A stretch of 54,461 nucleotides of DNA, filler included, from Sphacelaria rigidula (lineage: Eukaryota): the NCBI GenBank assembly GCA_964200075.2. It is 5 parts of 5 records of this genome, joined end to end, with 100 filler letters (N's around TTAATTAATTAA, not from the genome) between each part and the next. Parts side by side here need not be neighbours in the genome. Positions count along the whole stretch, not along the records: positions 1 to 10,814 come from CAXNAA020005865.1; positions 10,915 to 21,727 come from CAXNAA020005866.1; 3 more parts are not named here. One strand, given 5' to 3'. Each line of letters begins with the position of its first letter. The first letter of the stretch is position 1. The notes under the pieces were generated by a model, which searched no databases, was not told where the DNA came from, and saw nothing but the letters and a program-made list of their open reading frames with translations. Both the position numbers and the translations under genes were made by a program. Below, piece by piece: positions 1 through 11,349 of this stretch.

Positions 1-77
1 GCATCCTACATGATAAACGCAATGGCTTGGCACCATTTTGGGCTACAGCACCCCCAAAACGAGTTCAGTCCAATGAT

Positions 78-560
78 TGCGAAAACGGATGACCGATACC
101 TCAAGGGCTTCTTCACTGAGCAGCAAATGTTACTTTACGTAATCAGCCGTGTGTTCGACATTTGTGCCAACGGATGACCGATACCCCAAGGACTTCCTCA
201 GCAAATTGTCATGTGTCGGTGTCTATCGCACTTTTTGTTCCCCTCGTTTACGTTGTTTTCTCGTTTTTGTTCCTGCGTCTCCCCGACCTTCACTCTTTCG
301 TGAATCGTTGGATCCGAGACACCCCGTCTCTTCTCCTCAACCAAACATTTGCGAAAACGGATGACCGATTCCCCAAGGGCTTCCTCAGTGAGTGTTACTT
401 CATATAACCGGCTGTGTGTCCGACATTTGTGCGAACGGATGACCAATTCCCCAAGGGCTCCCTCAGCAAATTGTCACGTGTTTTTGGGTATGACAACTGT
501 GGATTTTGCTTTGACGGCTCGTGCGAAAACGGATGACCGATCCCCCGGACTTCCTCAGTA
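78..560 (+). repeat. Degenerate higher-order tandem array of a ~40-bp motif (AACGGATGACCGAT-CCCCAAGGGCTTCCTCAG)
   Basis: Five motif copies at ~80, ~168, ~350, ~431 and ~522. Copies 1+2 and 3+4 share their intervening sequence (tgttact...gtgtgt.cgacatttgtgc), giving an A-B...A-B...A layout. Confidence 0.85.
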
Positions 561-951
561 CGCGTCGCGCGGCGATTATCGCTGCACGGTCCTGGAGTTT
601 CAATCGGCCTCTGCTGCCGCTTCTAGATTCTTCACTGCGAGCTACCTCGTCGGCCTTTCCACCGGTATGAGGTTTTGCGTACACCACCTCAATGTTGAAA
701 GTGACGTCATTTGATCGTTATGCCTTGGCGGGCCCCTTGAAACCGATTAACGTGAAATCCTACCATGGGTGTTGCGCCCCCCCCTTGATGTCGTTCGACC
801 GTGAGAACTACAGTCCTTGTTGCCTAAGGAATAGCCTGTTTTGTATAGGTCTCCAGAGTGTCTGATCGTGAGACCGTCCGGGCCACGCTGTAATGCGTGA
901 GAGGACCGCGTGCTTAGAGGACTGCATCGGAATTTGAACATCCCTATGATA

Positions 952-990
952 AGGGTTAGGGTCAGGGTTAATGTTGGGGTTAGGGTCAGG
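952..990 (+). repeat. Interstitial telomere-like TTAGGG/TCAGGG tract
   Basis: agggttagggtcagggttaatgttggggttagggtcaggg. Confidence 0.75.
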
Positions 991-2082
991 GGCGTGGTAC
1001 CTGCAGGGACTAACCCGATTGGTTTTGAAAAACGTCGACCCTGAGGTATTTTGAACTACGGCGCGGTCCTATGGGCACGCGGTCCTCTCAAGCATTACAA
1101 CGCGCTGGGTTTGACGTTGGACCGTCGCTTGTTTGTATTTCATGTTCATGGGTTGATAATATGATCATCTGGGTCACTTGCTCATATTGCAGGCCGTGGT
1201 TGTCAGGCTAAGCGCCCCCTTTGTGAGTACCGGAGGCTAGATACCAGCGGACCCGCGTGCGCTGAGGCTGAAATCCGTTGTTTGCCACGCTAGGGGAATT
1301 CCCCCTTGCTATTGCTTTGTTTCATCGTACCCCTTTTTGTGGTGTGGGTGATTGTGGTGAAACGTGAGTCTTCGAAGCTCATTAAGCTTCTGCAAACTCA
1401 AGCTTCAGAGTAGGCTATTATTGTCATGGTATTTGCAGGGGCTAGTCTAGGGATCTGTAATCTCGAGCATACATGCCTCGAAGTAAAGCAACGTGTGGAT
1501 ATGAATCTTTGATTCGGCCGCTGAGGGATACCAGCTTGTCAGAAGATCCAAATCGATGTTCCGAATGAGCAGTCGATACGAGATACAAGTTGTATGATTG
1601 ATTGTCTCGTCTGCGCGTGGAATGTTCATGTGCACAACAGATAGCGTTCCCGCAACGTTCGTTGGATGGAGGATTCCCGTCATCTGCTTTTCGATTCTGT
1701 ATCATGACTGGACAGGAATATAATTCGGGCGTAAAATAGTTTCATGTAGTTCGCTCAGCCCCACCATGAGCACTCTGTCTTGGATCCAGGACATCATCAG
1801 CTTTAGCCGCCGTTGCTCTGAGTTCCAAGTGAGTCCTCAACAATTAGCTCTATAGTTGTGCTATTGGCTCTGGCTCGTATTGTAGTCCACAATGGGACAA
1901 TCCAGTCCTGTGAACATCTGGGTTTGAACTGCTTTACTGTGGTTTGGATTTGGATTGATTGTTGCTGAGAGCTGCATTGCAACCTGGCACATACGGCTCG
2001 AGCCTCTGTTCGTCAGAACACACACGGCAAAGGTGTGGTGAGGCTGCCTTCTCGAAGGCGACTAGGCAGAAGTACATAATAA

Positions 2083-2428
2083 TAGAGTATCACTTAAGTA
2101 TGACCTCGATACTCTACTCAAATTACGAGGACGTTGAGTATGGCCTCAAATACTCTACTCGAAATTCGAGTAGATCGAGTACGACCTCAAATACTCTACT
2201 CGAATATTGAGTAAGCACTCTCAGTAAAACTTGAGTATAGAGTATCACTTGAGTATGACCTCAATATTCTACTCAAATTTCGAGTAGACTGAGTATGATC
2301 TCAAATACTCTACTCGAATAATTGAGTAGGTTGTGTACGACTTCAAATACTCTGCTCAAATTTCGAGTACTAAAAGTACGACTCTTCAAAAATACTCAGT
2401 ACTGAGTATACTCTACCCGACCTACCCT
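2083..2428 (+). repeat. Tandem array of ~40-bp double-hairpin units (GAGTATGACCTCAAATACTCTACTCGAAATTCGAGTAGA)
   Basis: About 7 degenerate units starting near 2096, 2136, 2177, 2251, 2291, 2333 and 2374. Each contains gagtat..atactc and ctactc..gagtag inverted halves. Confidence 0.85.
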
Positions 2429-3127
2429 TGCTACAATCATCGAGCAACTGATTTACTTTTTATTGGGTACGGGTTTCCCACAGAATGACGACAACTCATT
2501 TCAATGGCTAACGTCTCTCGATACTTGTCGACCGTCGCATACCTGCAACGTACCGCTATCAATCAGCAATCGATTAAACGTATGAGGGAGTACAAGAATT
2601 TCTTCCGTCGGTATCCTCGCCGCTGAATAGGTTTTTGAGATCACTCAACCAAACCAAGATGGAGGTAGAGACTGTGTTGGCACAAGGGGAGTGGCTAAGC
2701 GATTTGGAGAATTGACTCAGTCTTCGGCTCACCGCCTTTGAGGCTGCCCATGGGTGAGAGGAAGAAAACTGTCGTAGACCGCGAAATGCGACTGTGATAG
2801 CTCTTGCACGCACGTATTCACTGTGTGTGGGCCAAAAACCGCGCTCGAGAGGTGGGCGATGGCCGGGAATCATTGTGTTTTCCCTCGATATGATCATGGC
2901 TTGGTACCGTGAATCGCTCTTGACTCAATTAAGGTGGGACATCATGTCCTCTCAGGGACCTTATATGCGGATCCTCTCACATGATTCCAAGGTTGTGTGC
3001 TCGTAGGTTATACGAGGAACAGGGGCGTACTCATGTGGTACTTGACTTCGCCGTTTGACCACTGACCACGCATCCCTTTCGAGATGGAGTATGCCCGGAG
3101 AGGGGGAATTCTATGTTGGTATGCCAG

Positions 3128-3211
3128 ACCGTACCGGAATGCGTGCCGAACACTCCGGTACGGTTCGGCACGGTATCAAACCCTGTCCCGAACACACCGG
3201 TATGGTTCGGA
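3128..3211. repeat. Short palindromic duplicated motif (CCGAACAC-CCGGTA-GGTTCGG x2), probable TE fragment in an intron
   Basis: ccgaacactccggtacggttcgg and ccgaacacaccggtatggttcgg. Confidence 0.6.
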
Positions 3212-5504
3212 AGTGGATTTACCTGTAGAATATTCATTTTATGTGTCAATAGCTGGGTTTCAGCCGGTATGCCCTACAGAACACAACGTTGCAATATTCG
3301 GCGCACGCTCTGCGATCGTCATAAGCACAGCATGGAAACTGCACTAGATCCACAGTACATAGCTTTGCCTTCGGCGTATAACGTGTCCACAACGTCCCCG
3401 CTTGGCAATCCCACTACTGGAAGTATCCATTCATGTTTTGTAGATACAAAGTGCTTGGCCCAGTTTAGTAACGTCGATACGCCTTGCTCGTACAGACACC
3501 GGTTTGAGAGCGGCAGCGCAGACTTCGATGCTCTTGGCCTAGACGTCATAAATGCTGCCGCTCCTTTCGTCCCTGAGGTTGCTCATGACATCTCTGTGGC
3601 GGCAGACGTCCTCCAGGCGAGAACCATATAGTTGTCGACCAGGAAACAGGTAATGCCGGAGTACTCTCATTTTCCGCGTGCACGAATTCGCTGGGAAGTC
3701 AGGTGAAGCAGCAGGCAGCTGCATTCGTGTACATGTTTTGATGTGAGAGGTTCTTGACTCTAGCGCAGCTTCGTGCATGATAGTTCATGGTAAACGCTTT
3801 ATGACACTTGACTAGTATATGTCGTTGATCCGACTGTCCCTCCACCTCTAATGCACGTCCCTAATTAGAATGGTCCAGAATGACTCTGATCGCTCACGTT
3901 TTCTTCATTTAATGTATTCGATACCAATGCACCCACTCGTTTGTATTTGCGTAACAAACTTAGCCCCACCTCACCCTGTTGATTTACAGCACGCCCTGCC
4001 ATATCCCGTGTACACATCTCTCGTCGAAACTTACAGGAAGATTTTCTTGACATGGAAGACCTCTTTACAGGCTCAGGAGGTAACGTCCTGGCCGCGCTGC
4101 AGGTTGTAAATGACACAACCAAGGAGAATCGCGACCGTGTGGCCTATTTTCGAACCCTGGCAGACAAATATGCGCAGGTGCCGCAAACCAGCATGGTTGC
4201 TTTGATGGGATCCCTGGTGGCCGCCGGAGTGATAAATTCAGTTGGAGTCTGTGCTGGGATCTCCGTCAACAAACGCTGCTTGTCTTGTGCAGGTGAAATC
4301 TTGTGAGGGTGGAATACGGCGTGTGCGTAGTGGCAGTGCGAAACAAGGTTTCTAGCGTTCTGTTCTCCAGCGGCGATATGCCGACAAAGTAGTGTCAGTA
4401 CCCCCCTTTTTGCCGCTTCGTACAGACATGAGCACGTCCAGGGTTCCGCGTAGTTGAGTGTTGGTAACACACGTGTTTGGTGCCCTACCATCGGTGCGGA
4501 TCGCACACCACTCCATCTGCCCACGTTTTTTTTTTACTTGTAACTACCTGATATTCCCACTGTGCACCATACGCGTTTGTTTGTGGATTTCATCAAGTAG
4601 TATTGAACTCTTGCGGATAACATGCATCGTCGCCGCCTTGGCGACATGGTTTGCATTTACGCTTTCAGCCATCTCCATGGTTGCCGCTGTTACGTGGTCC
4701 GATGGTTGCCGCTTTCTCGACCTCGGCGTCCGGCAAGGTTGGGAGACGGCCGGCCTTGACGGTCCGAGCGCGATTGTGCTGAATGGGTGCCTTGCCGGCG
4801 AGGCTGTTCTGGACGTATTTAACTTTACCTCTGCCCTTGGATTCGTGGAAAGTTACCCTACAGCCGTGTTGGAGGTGTGTGTCCTGGGGAGCCGTAGAGG
4901 TCAGATTGTGGTGTCCTTCCTACTTGGAAAGGGTCGCGGTACTCGGTGCATTTGTAGTAATTCTCGCGCAGAGATTTGCTCAGAGTTGTCACTTGCGACT
5001 TGTTTTGCGTTTGCGTAGCCTGCTTCATACCATTAGTGAAAGATTTCAGAAAGCAGCATGAACAAGCGCAGACAACGGTGATCTCTGAGGGACGAAGTTA
5101 GGGTGGCACGGCAGCTTTTCCCCTACAGTTGCTGTGGTTGCTTGTGGTTTTTAAGTGCTCTTGGGTTATCCCCCTCGCCGGAGCGAAGTAACCATAGGTT
5201 CAACTATTTACCACCCTTTCGTTCATGCTACGTATTCAGTTACGGTATGTGTTTTTACCTTCGTCTGAACAACCAGAAACCACACGTTGCGTTTACATAG
5301 TATTCCGCACACGCGTAAATCAAGTATCTTTACACTCCTGTCCTCACGACGTTTTTTTTTTTATGACATCACGCAGCTCGAGAATGACACGGCAAGGACT
5401 GCGGGGACAAAAGCTGTCATCTACGCACTGTCCGACTTCATCGACTGGCTTATGGTCACTCAGGTGAACATCATTTCGGGCAGGGCGACGGACAAAGAGA
5501 GGGG

Positions 5505-5770
5505 AGGGGGGGGTGTACTCATCATCTTGCATGCTATGGTCATATTAACATTGACCTCGCATCCCTACAAAGCCGGGACGGAGCACGCCGGGTTTTCGCG
5601 GGGGCAGACTCGCAATCATTCACCAAGCGCGAAGCGCCGTGGTGTGTTCGGCGAGTCACATGAATGTGAGCTACATCCTGCTAAGATTGTTCGGCCCGAA
5701 GCGTGTTGGCTATCTTACATTTGGATGACAGCCTACAACGAGTTGCTTTATTTTCTGGTATCGCCACCTC
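5505..5770 (+). repeat. Dispersed repeat (modules A then B), intronic; second copy at 32740-32965
   Basis: Module A (ggggtgtactcat...gacctcgcatccctacaaagccgggacggagcacgccgg) and module B (catttggatgacagcct.caa.gagttgctt.attttctggtatcgccac) both recur at 32753-32965. Confidence 0.85.
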
Positions 5771-6714
5771 AACAAAGGGGGAGAACGGGTAGAGAGTAGT
5801 CGCCGTAGGGTATTTACAGTCCTCCTTGCCGACAACGCTATTTGGTCTAGCTGCGCTCACGAACTCCCTACTATGGTCCAAGGGAATAAGTGAGGATCGA
5901 GGATCAGCTGCCCAAACTAATTCGGGTGGGGAAGAGCACCAAATTCCCTGCCTTCAGGAGTTCATCGCCTCAGGAATCCTTCCTGATATATACCCGTGAT
6001 TACCACGGGCCGATTTACAGACGATCTGACCTGAAGTTGAGTGTTGGGTGTCCTGCACCGTCGGGCACTGTGTCCTCAATCGTTTTTGTTTCTTGTTTCT
6101 TGTTTCTTGTTGTACAACGTCTCAGGAAGCAGTTGCGTCTCTTGACTTCTACACCGACGCTGTGGTGAACGGCTCGTTACTGCTCGACGCAAACTGTCCA
6201 TACAGCGTATCCTTCGCCTTCGAGGATTCAGTGGACAACTTGATTGGTCACCACAGGCGCAGTAAACGCCACGACTTCTCGGGAAGCTGACGGGGCAAGC
6301 CAAAGTTTCTAGAGGCAAGGAAGTGAGTTTACTCCGACCCTATTCTGAGAGGCAAGAAGCACACATCTCCATCATATAGAATGGGCTGGATCGTCAATAA
6401 TGCCCTACAGTAGTGCTGTTACACGTTCTCACGTATATCAACCCGGGTTGGTTTACCGCGTTCGGAGCTGTCCTGCATAACTCGGAAATGCAGCACAACG
6501 GTACACATAACACTCTTAAACCCTTTGACGTGCGCCTGCGTTCGTCCGTCCGTCCACCGCAAAGACGAGTCCGCTCTGTCGTACATGCCCCGTATGTTTA
6601 ATTCATCGGAATGCTCGCTGAACGATGACCTACTACCTGTGTGGCAAGAAGCAGTGCGTGAAGGTGTCATTCGAGATCAGATGAAAGATGACTATATAGT
6701 TACGTCGGATCAAC

Positions 6715-6746
6715 AGAGCAGCAGCAGCAGCAGCAGCAACAACAAC
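6715..6746 (+). repeat. (CAG)n(CAA)n microsatellite
   Basis: agagcagcagcagcagcagcagcaacaacaac. Confidence 0.85.
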
Positions 6747-8266
6747 TTGGTACATTGCGCGCGATCAACACCTGCCTCATTTTCCACGGCATTTACCTTC
6801 GATCTAACGCCGTGCGGGTGCACCAGCGACAACTGCACCGACGAGAGCGGTGTGTCGGAGACCCTCCCGGAGCAGTTCGTGACTTACGTCTCCAACGTTA
6901 CCGACATCCGTGATCGCTTTATTGCGCTCTTCAACGTATCATCACTTCTTTTCTCAACTTCGGAAGCAGATTCCTCGACAACTTCGGCGCCAACAACAGA
7001 GGAAACTGGACGAGAAAAGGGCAGTGGTGTTCTCGGAGATTCACCAGCCACTGCTGTACTGGCCAGATGTATCTCTCGATACTCATTCTTGACTCTTGCA
7101 TTACGCAGGTCTCAGGGGTGCCATGTGCGGCACAATCCTCAGTGGTCTCTCCCAAGTTGGCTTTTCCATGTTCATGTTCGGTGCCGGCGCACTGGCTCTC
7201 GTTGTGTCCGCTGGGATCATGGTGAATCGGTTGAAGGCAAATTGGGCTGGGAGTCTCACGAGAGTATTAGGTGCGGAGGAAGGCGTCGTGATGAAGGAAT
7301 GCTGACTGGCCGAGACAGGAGGACTTGAGACAAAGAGCATTGTAGGGAAGCGGCGATCAGCTGCACCGCGGTGGCTGTCCTGTGCTGTACTGCATAGGGT
7401 ACATACTGTAGTGCAGGGTAAGCAAGTTAATTCCGGAAGAAGGTTTGTCGTCGCGTGTTGTGTAATTGGAGAATCCTATCCAGCTCTGTAAGTAACACTG
7501 ATTGCCAGATATATATGGTTCTTGAGTAGTGCAGAGGGGCTGGTACTAATATGTTTGAGTAAGATTATTTGGATATGCAGGAGCTGCAGCTTCCTCGTTG
7601 CTTCAAGGGTGTTGATGTTAAGTTCTCCAGGAGACTCGCGGTAGAACCTCGGTAAGACGGGATGAAAACAAGTGTTGAGAGTCTCGATCGTTTGGGTAGA
7701 GGCGTTCTTGAAGCATGTTTAGAGGCGTTCTTGAAGCATGTTCATACTGTACCAAGGGTTTGTCCAAAACATATTTTCAGGCACCTAGGCCGCAAGATAA
7801 ATAATACGAGTTTTTTAGGGGGTAGGGGAGGGGGGGCACCCAGCCTGCTGTCCCCTAGTTTATTGCCGAGGCGTTGGTAGGTGCGGTCAGCTACCGTCTA
7901 CAGAGATCCTTGGCATGGAGACCGATGAGATGGCGGACACGCCGCTCCCCCCAAGCTCATCACTTACCATGATCACGTTTATGTGATTATGTTTCATGTT
8001 CCATTTCGTAGGCTTCGAGTGCCTACCAGTAGTCTGGGCAAGTTTGGCGAGGCGAAAGATAAAGTTGCTACGTCGTACTTTGGCTGCAGGCTGTCGCTAC
8101 CGTGCACTCGTGTACATACATGTGTGTGAGGATGGCCGGCATCCGAAGTCATCGGGACAGTAGAGAGGACAAGGAGCAGAATCAAATGTACGAAGCTCAC
8201 AAAGCCCACCAGACTTTTTGGTTCTTGTCAGTGTTTCTTGATGAATTTATTCGGCAATATTTGCCG

Positions 8267-8352
8267 GTCGCCGCGGTGGCTCAGTTGGTAACCTCGAAGC
8301 CTTCTGGTGGTCGGGTCGTGGGTTCAAATCTCGAAGCGATCTCAGATTTTTT
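8267..8352 (+). mobile_element. tRNA-derived SINE head / tRNA pseudogene
   Basis: Pol III A-box TGGCTCAGTTGG (8277-8288) and B-box GGTTCAAATC (8321-8330) at tRNA-like spacing, followed by a T run. Acceptor and anticodon stems do not pair well. Confidence 0.65.
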
Positions 8353-9905
8353 CCCACACAATGCGCAACAGTGGAGAGCGACTCTGTCGTGGGCATACAA
8401 AATAGATTTCCCTGTGTCCAGGGCGCTTCCAATTTCAATTTATTTCGGTGGTTGTGGTATGACGTTGCGGTCCCGGATTTCGACGGTGAAACCGGAATGG
8501 TCTCGGCTGGGCCCTTCTACTCTGGAGTGAAAAGGTCTGACCGTAACGCATTGTGTAATTTACACGTGGTATCTATCTTCCTTCTACGGCCCGAACGAAT
8601 CATCGCCGACTCGACAACAAATCCACGATTTCTTAGGCCTGATTGCTCGAAAGAGAGAAAAAGGTCGACCGCTGGTCAAACAGGTCTCCACGCAACTTTT
8701 GCGCCATTCCACGTGCCAGGGCTACTCGTACCTGGATTGCAACGCTGAAAACAAAGCCCAAGGATTGATTCGTACGGCACGAATCAATTACACTGAAAAT
8801 CGAATGATTTCTGGACGAATCATTGATTCGTCCAACCCTTTGCTATCTTTGTACGGTACGTAGTGGAGGGACTGGTGGACTCGTTTCAGTACCAAAAGCC
8901 CAGGTATTTATCATAATGTAAATGCTTCATCTTGTGTCTCGTTCAAATCACGTGTTTCATACTGCCTGTACTGCAGTATTGTTGCGTCCTTGCATTCCTT
9001 GACAGAAACTACGCTTCCCGCGTCTCGTACACAGTTCATGATAACCAGAGCATGTCGGTGGCGTACATATAATGCATATCCGTTTTTGAACTGGTACGGC
9101 ATATACTATTTGGTTCAACATGCAGCATGCCGGGGTTCTATCGAAAAACAATTGGTTCACCACAATCCAAGTGCAACAACGATGGACTCGCTGGCGTCTC
9201 TTCTGCGTGTTTTCGAATAAAGCATGATGGAACATGAGGAGCACTACCGTGACGGGCTGCCACAGGGAAGTACAGCGCTTTAGTGCACAAGCGCGCTGGC
9301 ACGATGTCGACAACACGGAAAACGCTAGCGCGCGTGCTGCTCGAAAATAGCGCTCTTCGCGTGTATAATTTAATTCAAAGCGTTTTATTGAATTCAAAGC
9401 AGAGGTTAACCTTTGGGTGTGGAGCCGACACTACTACTGTGTACCAACCGCATCGTGATGCCTCCGGCGGTACTACCTGCTCACTGCACAGCGGTAGGGT
9501 GCATGGTGACAAAGCACACCGCAGGACGTGACATCCTCAGCCCATCCCTGTCCTGCATTGATTTTGGGTTGTCCTATGCAGTTCGCCACACCATGAGTGC
9601 ACCGACTTGTATCTACGGCAAACGTGTAGGCGGAAAGGATATCACGCCACGCTCTACAGTATATCGCTACGTCACATTTTGTAAAGCTGTCCATGTTGCA
9701 GCTACAGCGTGCGTTTGCCCCAGGTGACGCACGCAGAAGTGAAAGGTCGCCTCCGCTGCTGTAATGGCTGCCTGTATCTCGGGCGAAGCTGTATGGTAAC
9801 ACAGCCGCGGCTGGTGCGCCCGCATACACCGAAAGGTGGAGACGGGCGTCCAGAATAGATGAGACGACAACACACTGACTTTGGGCAATGAACTTTCAAC
9901 ATCAA

Positions 9906-10201
9906 CTACGTTTTCGTGAGATTGAGAGTAGAGCGCGGATTGAGAGCGGCTTTGATCATTCGCTTTAACGTTGCCACTCTTCCATTCCGTACGTGCTCTT
10001 CTCTGCCTCTATCATTGTCGTTTATTCACAGCTACACGTCGATATCCTACTGGGGGATATCAAGCGCCGCAGTGGCAAGCTACTACAGAAAGAATGTCGG
10101 GTCTCGTGGAGGCGCATCTCGGAACCGAAACGATTCATTCACTGAATGATCGCTTTTCACTCTCAATCGTATCCTCTACTCTCTATCTCACGAAAACACT
10201 G
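9906..10201. mobile_element. ~300-bp MITE with ~55-bp imperfect TIRs (CAGTGTTTTCGTGAGAT-GAGAGTAGAG), hAT-like; copy 1
   Basis: The left end (gttttcgtgagattgagagtagagcgcggattgagag) is the reverse complement of the right end (cactctcaatcgtatcctctactctctatctcacgaaaacactg). The whole element is homologous to 16966-17265. Confidence 0.8.
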
Positions 10202-10239
10202 TTCATCGTGTTCGTACAGACTGTAGAAATATTTTGTTC

Positions 10240-10814
10240 ATGCACACTTCGCCTAGGGGACACGCCGTGAATCCGGATCTTTAACCCTTTCGAGGGTAGG
10301 TCACCTTCTGAATCGGCATTAATATATATTCACTTGAAAAACGTATCCGTGATCCAGATGGACTACCCGCACCGCTGCCTAAGGGCTGTGCTCCTGGCGT
10401 GCTCCTAGCGTGCGCAGCACGCGTTCTCGTCAAAATCGGCGCCTGGGGCGCCAATTTGAGGTCTGGCAACGCACACTTCGCCTAGGGAACACGCCGCACC
10501 CCCCGTGCCCGAGGGTTCTCGGTATGTCTTCGTTTTCCAGCCGGTGTGACAGAGACTCGAGACACGTCGTCTTATCTTGTCGGCGATCACAAAAAAACGA
10601 AGAGGATTTTCAGGCAACGGGCGCGTGTTTGGCCGGCATAGTGTTGTGACGCCTTCTTGAGTCTTGTCTGCGGCATTTTGACCCCGAGGGTAGGCCACCT
10701 GCTGAATCGGCATCAATGTCCAATTGAAAAAGGTATGCGTGATCCAGATGGACTACCCTGCTCCTGGCATGCTCCTAGCGTGCGCAGCACGCGTTTTAAT
10801 CTAAATCGGCGCCT
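10240..10814 (+). repeat. Tandemly duplicated composite repeat (TTAA-CCC MITE-like module plus GCTCCTAGCGTGCGCAG..AAATCGGCGCC cassette)
   Basis: 10281-10445 is repeated at ~10680-10814. The cassette recurs at ~32140, ~36830 (minus strand) and ~42155. Confidence 0.8.
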
Positions 10815-10914
10815 NNNNNNNNNNNNNNNNNNNNNNNNNNNNNNNNNNNNNNNNNNNNTTAATTAATTAANNNNNNNNNNNNNNNNNNNNNNNNNNNNNN
10901 NNNNNNNNNNNNNN
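10815..10914. other. Artificial contig spacer (44 N + TTAATTAATTAA + 44 N)
   Basis: The identical 100-nt linker occurs four times and carries stops in all frames. Confidence 0.97.
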
Positions 10915-11349
10915 AGTGTGGGGAAAGCACTGTTTTAGGCTTGAGCCTCATCTCGAAGTTAAACCTCAATTCTCACAATTTGTTGTTATACGAAGCTTTT
11001 AATTCTCCGAGTTTCTCATCCCCAATAAAAGATACATCCCCAACTGGTAAGATCCTGTGTTAACAGAGGAAAGCAGGTAGAGCTCGTGAGGGTTCGCTTT
11101 GAGAAAAACACAGTTACTAGACGAAATAAAAACAAAAATCCTGCTATCGGGTCGATCCACTGCCCTACTACAGTCCGAATGTTTTCGAGTTTTGGAGCCT
11201 TGAGATTAAGGTCCAAAACTTCCCCCAAACCGAACAGGGTCAGGGGATGGAGTCATCGTTTCTTTTCACATGTATCATACGAGAAGATGAAGGCTTATCG
11301 TGTACAGGAGCACACAACAGGACGCGCACAGGTCTACAGATAGCCCACT

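Larger units (their letters stand above)
2567..7305 (+). pseudogene. Multi-exon Tweety/prominin-like multi-pass membrane protein; 5' end unresolved, apparent premature stops
   Basis: Phase-compatible exons: 2567-2753 (in-frame TAA at 2575 and TGA at 2713), 3496-3616 (GC donor), 4037-4302, 4601-4874, 5377-5463, 6126-~6250, ~6565-6655, ~6827-7055 and 7109-7305 (TGA). The product has hydrophobic helices, a 'WSDGCRFLD' motif after a TM pair, and a C-terminal 'AMCGTILSGLSQVGF..' followed by a TM helix, as in Tweety/prominin-like proteins. Confidence 0.6.

Noticed and set aside
78-560. CRISPR array
   Set aside because: Eukaryotic context, no cas genes, degenerate repeats, irregular spacing, and alternate spacers are homologous to each other.
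952-990. True telomere / chromosome end (also 30465-30485, 32280-32300, 42258-42295)
   Set aside because: Only 3-6 degenerate units, internal, and mostly part of a dispersed repeat cassette.
2575-2715. Alternative genetic code or selenocysteine explaining in-frame stops
   Set aside because: GAPDH ends in TAA and the same membrane gene ends in TGA. The intact GAPDH and DUF2009 exons contain no internal stops.
7697-7742. Short tandem duplications (also ~18622-18658, ~46572-46617) and (TA)n at ~37526
   Set aside because: Ordinary slippage products with no further structure.
8267-8345. Functional tRNA gene
   Set aside because: Acceptor and anticodon stems do not pair convincingly.
10859-10870. 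TTAATTAATTAA as a biological motif
   Set aside because: It is embedded in N runs and repeated identically four times; an assembly linker.
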